Position numbers and translations under genes: made by a program
Notes under the pieces: generated by a model
Databases searched by the model: none
The model's input: only the letters and a program-made list of their open reading frames with translations
What the model was told of the DNA's origin: nothing
Part shown: positions 16,926 to 25,314 of the stretch, in pieces
Numbering within the stretch: the stretch's first letter is position 1
Layout of the letters: each line of letters begins with the position of its first letter
DNA from: Escherichia phage vB_EcoM_CRJP21
Reading direction: 5' to 3' (one strand)
Sequence record: OQ708376.1
Length of the DNA stretch: 64,000 nucleotides

Positions 16926-17198
16926 ATGTCCAGCTACTCCGCTACTATGATCATTAAAGATATGAACGGTAATCCTACTTCTGCTGGTGGATCATTTGGA
17001 AACATTAATTTAGATGGTCGGTTATCCATGCAATCAGCCATCGATGCAGCGAAAGAAGTTTTTAAGAATGAATGTACTGTTAGTAAGATGGATTATATGG
17101 GATTCGCTATCGAGAAAACTAATCGTTTTGTGAACTACAAAAATCCACTGATGATTGATACTAACCTGAAAGCTAACGAAGTGGGGTACTTATTATGA
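16926..17198 (+). CDS. hypothetical protein (90 aa)
   Basis: track ORF; promoter TTGACA...TGTATAAT + hairpin. Confidence 0.6.
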   Translation: MSSYSATMIIKDMNGNPTSAGGSFGNINLDGRLSMQSAIDAAKEVFKNECTVSKMDYMGFAIEKTNRFVNYKNPLMIDTNLKANEVGYLL

Positions 17199-17386
17199 CA
17201 GTAGAAGAAGTTAAAAAAGTACTGGCAGTACTACGCTATCATAATCATTGCAAGGTGAAGAATGATCCTGATTATGTTGATTCATCCCTGGAGGAAGACA
17301 CATTAAACGCAATAAGCCATATGCAAACATTAGCAAAGCGTATGACCGAAAAGAATAGACCGGACTATATCGGAAATAAAATTTAA
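17195..17386 (+). CDS. hypothetical protein (63 aa)
   Basis: ATGA translational coupling. Confidence 0.55.
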   Translation: MTVEEVKKVLAVLRYHNHCKVKNDPDYVDSSLEEDTLNAISHMQTLAKRMTEKNRPDYIGNKI

Positions 17387-17472
17387 AAAGTACTTGCATT
17401 GTAGTTAGATTAACGTATAATGTTTTACATAGAGCGGGGGAATAGTTCTCCCGCCAGTCCAGGAGATACACC

Positions 17473-17736
17473 ATGAACACTATCGAAATCACTATCAATG
17501 CACACGTATACGACAACGTAGTACTGCAAACTACTATGACCGCTAATGATACCAGTACTTTGCGGAATACCGTTGTAAGTGCTGTATGTGCTGCAATCGG
17601 TGATGTAGCCCTGGAAAATGCAGAACACATCAACAACGGTTTCACTATGTGCAAACGTGATAACGCAAAACATATCATCTTAGAAGGTTACGGCGGTGTA
17701 GAATATAATCTTTATATGAAAAAAGTACTTGCATAA
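17473..17736 (+). CDS. hypothetical protein (87 aa)
   Basis: track ORF; promoter + hairpin; RBS AGGAGA. Confidence 0.65.
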   Translation: MNTIEITINAHVYDNVVLQTTMTANDTSTLRNTVVSAVCAAIGDVALENAEHINNGFTMCKRDNAKHIILEGYGGVEYNLYMKKVLA

Positions 17737-17803
17737 TAACTAAAACAAAGTATAATGTTTTGCATAGGGGGAGATATCCTCCCCCACTAAAAGGAGTAAT
17801 AAA

Positions 17804-18028
17804 ATGGCTAACTTTGATGAACTGATGCGGGAAGTAGCTAACCTGGCAGAAGAGAAGAAATCATTCGATTCTATCTATAACACCGCTCACCGTGATTCAG
17901 TACTGGCATGTACTCAGGATCAAAAAGATGAACTAATCGCCACCTATCATGAAGCATGGAAGTACTACCGACAATGGGAGAAAGAAGAAAGTGAGTCTAC
18001 CATTGACGGCCTCAATAATCTAATCTAA
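17804..18028 (+). CDS. hypothetical protein (74 aa)
   Basis: track ORF; promoter overlaps stop of upstream gene. Confidence 0.6.
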   Translation: MANFDELMREVANLAEEKKSFDSIYNTAHRDSVLACTQDQKDELIATYHEAWKYYRQWEKEESESTIDGLNNLI

Positions 18029-18104
18029 AAGTTTTATTTCAGTACTATTGACATAGCTTGATAGTACTGATGTAATAACTTTACTAACTACAAGGGGAAA
18101 CATA

Positions 18105-18362
18105 ATGGAACAGTTCACACAATATCGGGTAAATCCTCAAGCTATGGCCTACGTAGAAGACCATAAAACATTACCAGTACTGCAACCAGTTAAAGGCCAT
18201 ATCTATCGTGCTATGTCGTGGAGTACTGCACAGGATGGATATAAAACCGTTGCCGTGGGTATGTATTGCGGGAATGGTGAATGGTTTGATCCAAATAATC
18301 CGGTAGCCATTGACAGTACTGAAAAAATGAAATGGGCCGACTACATCGAAGATATTTCATAA
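18105..18362 (+). CDS. hypothetical protein (85 aa)
   Basis: track ORF; class-II promoter. Confidence 0.6.
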   Translation: MEQFTQYRVNPQAMAYVEDHKTLPVLQPVKGHIYRAMSWSTAQDGYKTVAVGMYCGNGEWFDPNNPVAIDSTEKMKWADYIEDIS

Positions 18363-18451
18363 AACTATTTGACAGTACTAACCAGTAATGTATAATGTTT
18401 TACATAGAGCGGGGGAATAGTTCTCCCGTCAATAGTTTGGAGTAAAACATT

Positions 18452-18652
18452 ATGTCTATCGCTATCGCCCTGGTTGAAGTACTGAAAGAAGCTAAAGCCA
18501 ACCTTATCGATGTACAGATTAAGGAATTACAAAATGGTTTAATCGGCTGTACTTGTACCGCTGGTGGAGCGGCAGACTATCGGGAATTCGAATCACTTGA
18601 ATCGATGGTCCGTTATCTTACCATGATCGTAGAAGATTGGAGAATCATCTAA
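18452..18652 (+). CDS. hypothetical protein (66 aa)
   Basis: track ORF; promoter + hairpin. Confidence 0.6.
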   Translation: MSIAIALVEVLKEAKANLIDVQIKELQNGLIGCTCTAGGAADYREFESLESMVRYLTMIVEDWRII

Positions 18653-18666
18653 CAAAAAAGAATAAA

Positions 18667-18790
18667 AAAAGGGATTGACTCCGGTCAGTCCCTTTGCTAT
18701 TATATACTCATAGACAAAAACTAGCCCACTGGGTGCAGGAGTGTATCTAAAATATATAGTTAATAACGGTGAGTAACTATCTGCTGGTGG
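18667..18790 (+). repeat. intergenic cassette copy D (R3 + R2) followed by Chi octamer 18783-18790
   Basis: direct read. Confidence 0.55.
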
Positions 18791-18898
18791 GGTGAAAACT
18801 ATTAATAAAAAAAGTATTGACAAAGTATATCAGTACTGCAATAATGTATCTCGTAGGGCGGCAATGGTGCGACGGCCCACAAAGTTAGGAGATTCAAA

Positions 18899-19231
18899 AT
18901 GAGTACTTCAATCGCTATCGTTAAAGCTTTCATCCGTACCAATGTTTCATCTGTATTCATCGACGGTCTGGATCGGGAAGTAGAATACTCAATCATTATC
19001 GCACAGACTGCAAACGGTGCTCGGTATATCCTTAATGATAGTGAAGCAAATCACTACTACTTCACTAAAGCTACTGGCTTTAAACGCATCGATGCTGACG
19101 TAGTATACACTAAGATGAATAAGCTGGTAGACAAGATTAACGCGAAAGGTACTATCGATTTACAGTACTGGACCGAAACCGATCCAGAATATGGATCTCA
19201 CCGCTACCTGAATCCAGGTATTAAAATGTAA
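18899..19231 (+). CDS. hypothetical protein (110 aa)
   Basis: track ORF; RBS AGGAG. Confidence 0.65.
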   Translation: MSTSIAIVKAFIRTNVSSVFIDGLDREVEYSIIIAQTANGARYILNDSEANHYYFTKATGFKRIDADVVYTKMNKLVDKINAKGTIDLQYWTETDPEYGSHRYLNPGIKM

Positions 19232-19320
19232 AAAGTACTTGCATAGTACTTAGAATCAAGTATAATGTTTTACATAGAGAGGGGGAAATGGTTCTCCCTC
19301 CTAAATTAAGGAGTTTTATC

Positions 19321-19722
19321 ATGACCTTCTCAATCAATTCCTTCGCTGACGTTTTAGTACTGGCTCGGACTTTCGGTAAAGATGCACTGGAGTACGCTGT
19401 AAGTAATGGTACTATCCAACCGGAACAGTGCCGCATCATTGGAAACTGCAAACGTTGGGCGGTATCCAATACTATTGCACTGGAAAACTTCCACGATGGC
19501 AACAATGAATATTCTGTTGATGTAGTATTCGAAGCCGTTGATCTCGGCGGTATCTATAATACTAACCTGAATGATGTGCGTATCGTTCGCACGGGGTTCG
19601 GTGCTTATGATGTATCTATTCGTGAAGCTATGAACACCGGATACATTAGCAAGGACTTACTTGCTCACATCATGCAGCTGTGTACGGAACGTAACGAAGC
19701 ACGCACTATCTTAGGACTGTAA
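19321..19722 (+). CDS. hypothetical protein (133 aa)
   Basis: internal ATG 7 nt after AAGGAG. Confidence 0.65.
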   Translation: MTFSINSFADVLVLARTFGKDALEYAVSNGTIQPEQCRIIGNCKRWAVSNTIALENFHDGNNEYSVDVVFEAVDLGGIYNTNLNDVRIVRTGFGAYDVSIREAMNTGYISKDLLAHIMQLCTERNEARTILGL

Positions 19723-19747
19723 GCGTTACACATCACCAAACATCATA

Positions 19748-19767
19748 GGCCGCCTTGTAGCGGCCTT
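19748..19767 (+). terminator. candidate terminator hairpin
   Basis: AGGCCGC-cttgta-GCGGCCT, weak U-run. Confidence 0.35.
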
Positions 19768-19790
19768 AACTATATCAGGAGGGCATACAT

Positions 19791-20000
19791 ATGTTCTATA
19801 CAGTATACAGCGTTCTAGGTACTATTGCAGGCGTACATGATAACGTCAATGATGCTATGCGTACAGTACTGCAACAGGTTCCACTAAAGCCTAAGACCAT
19901 TAAGCAGATGACAGCACGACTAACCAGGGCGACCGATGGCGTGGAAGTATGGCAGGACTACGGGGATACACAGATAATCGTTAGCGTAACGAAGGATTAA
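19791..20000 (+). CDS. hypothetical protein (69 aa)
   Basis: track ORF; RBS AGGAGGG. Confidence 0.55.
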   Translation: MFYTVYSVLGTIAGVHDNVNDAMRTVLQQVPLKPKTIKQMTARLTRATDGVEVWQDYGDTQIIVSVTKD

Positions 20001-20028
20001 TGCGTAAAGGGATCTAGTACTGATTCAG

Positions 20029-20094
20029 AAAAAAGTCAAGGCGTTTTTAAAATTATGCGTTAAAAAAATGCATAGGTAATCCCTTGACTTTTTT
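20029..20094. promoter_or_regulatory. large inverted repeat (13-bp arms AAAAAAGTCAAGG / CCTTGACTTTTTT) at boundary to paralog array
   Basis: direct read; loop about 40 nt. Confidence 0.45.
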
Positions 20095-20192
20095 GAAATA
20101 AAAGGGATTGGACTATGGCAAAATGCGTAGGGGGCTAAAGGGCGGGTAACCTTAGCGACTTCGATAAAGGGGTATTACGAATAAAATGTTAT

Positions 20193-20221
20193 TGACTTTT
20201 TATACAATTCATATATTATAT
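20193..20221 (+). promoter_or_regulatory. candidate promoter of family-1 array (TTGACT + AT-rich -10)
   Basis: TTGACT then TATTAT/TTATAT; exact -10 uncertain. Confidence 0.4.
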
Positions 20222-20249
20222 GATTGATATTATTTTCAAGGGAGTCCCT

Positions 20250-20447
20250 ATGCGTATTTTAACTCAAGCAGAACACCACGAAAGACTTATCAATAACATG
20301 GCTATGATAATGTATAAGTCACATGAACGTGGTATTTCCTATAAGCGTGAATTAATTATGGCACTATTCATTGGAACTAACTTTCAGGAAAGGTATGTCA
20401 AGGATTGGATTTGGTATTTAATTGAAGATGTAACGAGTAAACTATGA
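20250..20447 (+). CDS. family-1 small protein (LGTNYQ-core family)
   Basis: core FIGTNFQERYV; ATG 7 nt after AGGGAG. Confidence 0.6.
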   Translation: MRILTQAEHHERLINNMAMIMYKSHERGISYKRELIMALFIGTNFQERYVKDWIWYLIEDVTSKL

Positions 20448-20644
20448 AAATGCGTAAATTAACCGAAAAAGAATATCAAGCACTGTTACGTAAAAACTTC
20501 ACAAAGATTTATAATACAGACACACACGTAGAACGAATGGAGTTATACCTTTTGATTACATTGGGAACAAACTATCAGGGTAGATGGGTGTGGCAATATA
20601 TGGATACATTGAAAAATAAAATATTGTCCACGAGGAAACAATGA
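20444..20644 (+). CDS. family-1 small protein
   Basis: core LGTNYQGRWV; ATGA coupling. Confidence 0.6.
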   Translation: MKMRKLTEKEYQALLRKNFTKIYNTDTHVERMELYLLITLGTNYQGRWVWQYMDTLKNKILSTRKQ

Positions 20645-20850
20645 AAACTATAACACGAACCCAATCATACGGTCTTATCTTGAAATACATGGACTTAATG
20701 GTGGATATCAGCAAAGACCTTCCTAAAACTGAAATTGAAGTTGCAAGAGCAGAGATCCGCATGTTGGCTGTACTGAACACAAACCATCAGGAAGATTATG
20801 TTGAAGAATGGATTCGATTTTTAATAGAAGATATAAAGAGTAAACTATGA
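20641..20850 (+). CDS. family-1 small protein
   Basis: core LNTNHQEDYV; coupled. Confidence 0.6.
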   Translation: MKTITRTQSYGLILKYMDLMVDISKDLPKTEIEVARAEIRMLAVLNTNHQEDYVEEWIRFLIEDIKSKL

Positions 20851-21062
20851 TTATTATAGAAAACTCATATCAATATACTGAACGCATCGCTGCCAGACAA
20901 CTTGAAATCCTCATAATATACGAAGAGACTTCTGATTTAAACTTAGCCGAGGTATTGGAAAATGAAATACTTTTGGGTGCATTCTTAGGAACAGACTATC
21001 AGAAGTATTATGAGGAAAAGTATTTGTCATCTCTTGAGAAATATATCAGGAGCAAATTATGA
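20847..21062 (+). CDS. family-1 small protein
   Basis: core LGTDYQKYY; coupled. Confidence 0.6.
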   Translation: MIIIENSYQYTERIAARQLEILIIYEETSDLNLAEVLENEILLGAFLGTDYQKYYEEKYLSSLEKYIRSKL

Positions 21063-21271
21063 TTTTTTTAACACCAGAAGAATATAAGAAACGTTTCAAT
21101 TCCGCACAGGGTGAAATCTTACTTATATACCTTTCAAATGCAGACCTTAACTTATCAAGGGTATTAGAAAAAGATTTACTTATGGGTGCATTCCTTGATA
21201 CAGACTTTCAGGTGTATTATGTAGGGGAATACTTAATTGCACTTCAGAATTATATCAGGAGTAAACTATGA
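21059..21271 (+). CDS. family-1 small protein
   Basis: core LDTDFQVYYV; coupled. Confidence 0.6.
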   Translation: MIFLTPEEYKKRFNSAQGEILLIYLSNADLNLSRVLEKDLLMGAFLDTDFQVYYVGEYLIALQNYIRSKL

Positions 21272-21495
21272 AACATTTAAGTAATATTGAGAAGATGAGA
21301 ATTATCATTGATGCATTAAACAAATACGATACCCTTTTACAAATAAAAGGTTTAACTCGATTGGAACACAAGATAAACACCACCGATGTACGCATGATGG
21401 CTGTACTGGGGACGAACTTCCAGGAAGAGTATGTTATTGCACACATAGTTGCACTCAAGAATTACATTATGGACAAATGTAATGAACATCATTAA
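21268..21495 (+). CDS. family-1 small protein
   Basis: core LGTNFQEEYV; coupled. Confidence 0.6.
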   Translation: MKHLSNIEKMRIIIDALNKYDTLLQIKGLTRLEHKINTTDVRMMAVLGTNFQEEYVIAHIVALKNYIMDKCNEHH

Positions 21496-21706
21496 TAACT
21501 TTGAATACGAGGCCCGTGCTAAGAGTGCCAGAAAAAAAGAGAACACCATTTACTTCACTATGATGTACTTACAATGGACTGAAATTGAAGAAAAGGTTGC
21601 TGAAGTATGGATGTTGGAATTCATGGGGACGCAGTATCAGAATAGGTTTGCGGGTGAGTATATCAATGTTCTTATGAAACAAATAGAAAGAAAGGAAAAG
21701 AACTAA
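21482..21706 (+). CDS. family-1 small protein
   Basis: core MGTQYQNRF; internal ATG chosen. Confidence 0.5.
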   Translation: MNIINNFEYEARAKSARKKENTIYFTMMYLQWTEIEEKVAEVWMLEFMGTQYQNRFAGEYINVLMKQIERKEKN

Positions 21707-21864
21707 TGGTTTTCATTAACATATCTGACCAACTCGATACTAAACTAGAAGTCGAGCAGAGTGAGGGATGGATGCTGTACTTTCTTGGAACTTCTCATCA
21801 AAATTTTTATATCCATGAACACATAGTTGCACTCACAAATCTAATAAGGGATAAATGTAAATGA
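21706..21864 (+). CDS. family-1 small protein (52 aa, not in track)
   Basis: core LGTSHQNFY; TAATG coupling. Confidence 0.5.
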   Translation: MVFINISDQLDTKLEVEQSEGWMLYFLGTSHQNFYIHEHIVALTNLIRDKCK

Positions 21865-22118
21865 AACACTTGACGAACGATGAATATTCACTTAGAATTC
21901 GAAAGCTCACCCCAGAAGCAAGAGTAATCTACGATGACGGTGAACTTTCATGGAACGAGATGAAAGTTAAAGTTCATGAGCTATGGTTGCTGTACTTTGT
22001 GGGAACCCAATATCAAGAGAAATATTGTACCGATTATCTTGAACAACTAATGGATCTTATACAGATAAAACTAAATGAACGAATTGTGGAAAAATATGAA
22101 GACTTTATCAAGCACTGA
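21861..22118 (+). CDS. family-1 small protein
   Basis: core VGTQYQEKY. Confidence 0.55.
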   Translation: MKHLTNDEYSLRIRKLTPEARVIYDDGELSWNEMKVKVHELWLLYFVGTQYQEKYCTDYLEQLMDLIQIKLNERIVEKYEDFIKH

Positions 22119-22347
22119 GTATCAGACTGCCCTCTTCTCCCTTCTAAACACTCTCCGCACGAACAATAAACTTTATAATTCCCGTGAAGCTGATATCGTC
22201 AACGGTGATGTTTATCTTATGAAATTCATTGGAACAAACTATCAAGAACTGTTCACTCAACGATATATCTCTGCACTGAGAAACGAAATATCAGATAAAA
22301 CCCGCCAAGCCAGAAGAGAATGGAAGAGACAATGCAACAAAGACTAA
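22096..22347 (+). CDS. family-1 small protein
   Basis: core IGTNYQELF; N-term MKTLSSTEYQ. Confidence 0.55.
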   Translation: MKTLSSTEYQTALFSLLNTLRTNNKLYNSREADIVNGDVYLMKFIGTNYQELFTQRYISALRNEISDKTRQARREWKRQCNKD

Positions 22348-22583
22348 ATCACAAAATGTATTTTAAACTATTACAGAATCTGGGACAAAAACACTATGAT
22401 ACAGTATCTGAAATATTACCCTATGATATCATGCGTTTAATTCATAGTGAGGCAGAGATGCTTGTACTGATGACAGGCACTGATAAAACAGCAATTACCA
22501 AATCTATAGATATGTTCATCGATGCACACTGCCAACACATTAGAACCGAGATATGGAGACGTGAGAATGAAAATCCTGACTGA
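22320..22583 (+). CDS. family-1-like small protein (divergent core)
   Basis: core LVLMTGTDKTAIT; start uncertain. Confidence 0.45.
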   Translation: MEETMQQRLNHKMYFKLLQNLGQKHYDTVSEILPYDIMRLIHSEAEMLVLMTGTDKTAITKSIDMFIDAHCQHIRTEIWRRENENPD

Positions 22584-22782
22584 GCATGAGTATTACAATA
22601 GGTTAAGAACTATACAAGGAAAAGTCTCGTGGACTTTTTTAGATAATTCTATTGCAGAAGCGGACCGATGTGTTATAATAGCTGAAATGAAGCTATTACT
22701 CTTCATTGGGACAAACTATCAAAGTATCTACATAGACGCATGGTTAAGCAGCTTACGTCTGAAGTCGGTGAGTTTAAAATGA
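22567..22782 (+). CDS. family-1 small protein
   Basis: core IGTNYQSIYI; N-term MKILTEHEY. Confidence 0.55.
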   Translation: MKILTEHEYYNRLRTIQGKVSWTFLDNSIAEADRCVIIAEMKLLLFIGTNYQSIYIDAWLSSLRLKSVSLK

Positions 22783-22997
22783 GAAAATTAATAGGTTTCG
22801 AATATGTTAAGCTTCTACAAACCTGTGGAATCAGAAGGAGAATGATTCAAAAGGATAAAAGAATTGCCGAAGAACGAAAGTATATAATGATAACTGAACT
22901 TTATGTCTTAACACTCTTAGGCACAAACTATCAACACACTTATGTAGACCTATGGATCGATGCACTACAGAAAGAGGTTAAAAGTAAATGCAAATGA
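22779..22997 (+). CDS. family-1 small protein
   Basis: core LGTNYQHTYV; ATGA coupling. Confidence 0.55.
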   Translation: MRKLIGFEYVKLLQTCGIRRRMIQKDKRIAEERKYIMITELYVLTLLGTNYQHTYVDLWIDALQKEVKSKCK

Positions 22998-23206
22998 TTA
23001 ATTTAAGTAAAGACGAATTTTATGTTATACTGGCGAAAACTTATCCAGCACGTAAGGCCGTTTATGATAGTAACATTATTGAACCCTCAAAGAAGTTGAT
23101 TTTAGTAAATGAGATAAAGATGCTTTCAGTCTTAGGGACAAACTATCAAGAGAATGCTGTACTGATGTTAATTGATGCCCTCCAGCGAGAGGTTAAACGT
23201 AAATGA
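22988..23206 (+). CDS. family-1 small protein
   Basis: core LGTNYQENAV. Confidence 0.6.
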   Translation: MQMINLSKDEFYVILAKTYPARKAVYDSNIIEPSKKLILVNEIKMLSVLGTNYQENAVLMLIDALQREVKRK

Positions 23207-23433
23207 AAATGATTCATTTAACTTACCATGAATATCAAAAACGTTTAAATGCATCCAGAGATATAAGGATTCAAATATTCAATAACAAAAGATTGAAGCC
23301 TGATATCAGAAAAATCAAAATTATAGAAGCAGAGTTATGCAACTTTCTAGGGACCAACTATCAGGCAGGTAAGGTAAAAAACTATCTTAGAGAACTAATG
23401 AATAGTATTGAAAATAAATGTAAGGGTAATTAA
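23203..23433 (+). CDS. family-1 small protein
   Basis: core LGTNYQAGKV. Confidence 0.6.
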   Translation: MKMIHLTYHEYQKRLNASRDIRIQIFNNKRLKPDIRKIKIIEAELCNFLGTNYQAGKVKNYLRELMNSIENKCKGN

Positions 23434-23434
23434 C

Positions 23435-23674
23435 ATGAAAATGATTAAATTATCTCAAGCAAAATATAAAGAACGCCTGGTGAAAATTGCACCTGGACTT
23501 AATGAAATCCATCACGGAGAAGTCATTAAACACGGAAATAAGATGATTATGAAACTTGAGTTAAAGGTGGGTGCATTCATAGGAACAAACTATCAGGAGT
23601 ATTATGTAGATGAATACATAATCGCACTTAAGAGATACATTGGAAGAAAACTATATCTACAAACTAAAGAATAG
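23435..23674 (+). CDS. family-1 small protein
   Basis: core IGTNYQEYYV; N-term MKMIKLSQAKY. Confidence 0.55.
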   Translation: MKMIKLSQAKYKERLVKIAPGLNEIHHGEVIKHGNKMIMKLELKVGAFIGTNYQEYYVDEYIIALKRYIGRKLYLQTKE

Positions 23675-23703
23675 TATTGAAAATAAATGTGAGGTTGATG
23701 AAC

Positions 23704-23967
23704 ATGCAAATGATCAATTTAAGTAAAGATGAATATACCGAGCGTATGACAAAAATTACGCACAAACGTAATACAATCTATCACAACCCAGAAATTCAAC
23801 ACAGTAAGAAAATGATTATGATGCGTGAGTTAAAGATGGGTGTATTCTTAGGAACAAACTATCAAGATACAGAAGTAAATCGCTTAATCGCGGAGTTACT
23901 ACTGGAAATCAGAGGTAAGCTGTACTTTCATCAAATGACCCAACCACTGAGGTGTACTGATCGATGA
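23704..23967 (+). CDS. family-1 small protein (tandem duplicate of 23435 gene)
   Basis: core LGTNYQDTEV; duplicated junction upstream. Confidence 0.55.
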   Translation: MQMINLSKDEYTERMTKITHKRNTIYHNPEIQHSKKMIMMRELKMGVFLGTNYQDTEVNRLIAELLLEIRGKLYFHQMTQPLRCTDR

Positions 23968-24215
23968 ATACTATGAATAAAATTAATAAAATCGACTTAG
24001 CAGAAAGTTTTGCCAGAATGGGGGAAGCTCTGAAAAGATACGAAAAGGAATATGGTCATTTAAGCTTTTCTATAGAAAAGAGATATGAACTGGAAACAGA
24101 GTTTAAAATGCAGAGTCTCTTAGGAACACAATATCAAACAAGATATGTTCAAACTTGGATTGATTGTTTAATCCAGACAATTCATGTAAGGAACATTAAA
24201 TGCAAAATGAAATGA
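23964..24215 (+). CDS. family-1 small protein
   Basis: core LGTQYQTRYV. Confidence 0.6.
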   Translation: MNTMNKINKIDLAESFARMGEALKRYEKEYGHLSFSIEKRYELETEFKMQSLLGTQYQTRYVQTWIDCLIQTIHVRNIKCKMK

Positions 24216-24454
24216 TATACTTAACCTATAATGAATACGTCGAGAGATTAGTTCGTGCCAAGAGATATACCAATAAACGTCCAATTGACCTAAACCAAAC
24301 CCCAGCAGAAAGGAGTGCAGAAGTATTATTCCAATCACTACCATATCTTCTGGGAACTGATAGACAAGAGGAATATGTTGCACGTATGATTAGATATCTT
24401 AAAATCACTATTAAGGAAAAAGTAAATGCAAATGAAATACTTAACAGACGATGA
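24200..24454 (+). CDS. family-1 small protein
   Basis: core LGTDRQEEYV. Confidence 0.55.
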   Translation: MQNEMIYLTYNEYVERLVRAKRYTNKRPIDLNQTPAERSAEVLFQSLPYLLGTDRQEEYVARMIRYLKITIKEKVNANEILNRR

Positions 24455-24677
24455 GTTAAAAGAACGACTAATTAAATCAAGAAAACATACAAATCAACTT
24501 CCAAACGACACAAACAAGTCTCCAGCGGAAAGGAGTGCAGAAGTTTTATACATTCAACTCATGTACTTTCTTGGCACTGACAGACAAGAGTATTACATTG
24601 AAAGTATGCTTCGATATCTTAAATTCTCTATAAAGGAAAAGATACATGATCAAGTATTTAAAAATCCTAACAGTTAA
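24426..24677 (+). CDS. family-1 small protein
   Basis: core LGTDRQEYYI. Confidence 0.55.
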   Translation: MQMKYLTDDELKERLIKSRKHTNQLPNDTNKSPAERSAEVLYIQLMYFLGTDRQEYYIESMLRYLKFSIKEKIHDQVFKNPNS

Positions 24678-24888
24678 TGAATATCATAAGATTGTAATGA
24701 AAACTAATAGTGATTACGCTAAAAAATCAAACCCAAAGTACATACTGGAACACACATTTGAAGAACGTCAATTAGCTTTAGTTGAAGCAAAACTTCTTGC
24801 ACTATTAGGAACAAACTATCAGGAAGAATACAATAGAAAACTAATATACCTTTTAACTAAACATATAAGAAAAAGAAAAAATGCATGA
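24646..24888 (+). CDS. family-1 small protein
   Basis: core LGTNYQEEY. Confidence 0.55.
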   Translation: MIKYLKILTVNEYHKIVMKTNSDYAKKSNPKYILEHTFEERQLALVEAKLLALLGTNYQEEYNRKLIYLLTKHIRKRKNA

Positions 24889-25115
24889 AACACTTGACAG
24901 ATGATGAACATGGGCTTATAGTAATGGATGTAATCAACATCGAATACAAAAAGTTGATACGCTATCGTTGTTATGAAGATAAGCAACTCGTTCTAGCAGA
25001 ACAGAAGTTGTTTCGACTCTTAAACACAAACTACCAAGCACAATACGAAGAATCGTATATGTACCTTTTGGCGAGGAAAGCAAAAAGAGATTATGAAAAT
25101 TTTAAGCAAAGGTGA
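24885..25115 (+). CDS. family-1 small protein
   Basis: core LNTNYQAQY. Confidence 0.6.
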   Translation: MKHLTDDEHGLIVMDVINIEYKKLIRYRCYEDKQLVLAEQKLFRLLNTNYQAQYEESYMYLLARKAKRDYENFKQR

Positions 25116-25314
25116 TTCAGTAATATTACTTATAGAGAGTTCAAGTAAATTCTTAAACATAACACTGTCTGATATAGATGAAGATGACAAAGAAGTACTG
25201 AGAGCAGATTTAAGAGTACTGTTACATATCGGAACAAACCTACAAGAAGAATATGTAGAGTGCTACATCAATGAACTTAAAGAATCAGTACTGAGAAAAT
25301 GCAAATGCAAATGA
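25093..25314 (+). CDS. family-1 small protein
   Basis: core IGTNLQEEYV. Confidence 0.55.
   Translation: MKILSKGDSVILLIESSSKFLNITLSDIDEDDKEVLRADLRVLLHIGTNLQEEYVECYINELKESVLRKCKCK

Noticed and set aside
17211-17678. 155-aa and 82-aa minus-strand ORFs
   Set aside because: Antisense to + strand genes 17195-17386 and 17473-17736, which have promoter and RBS support.
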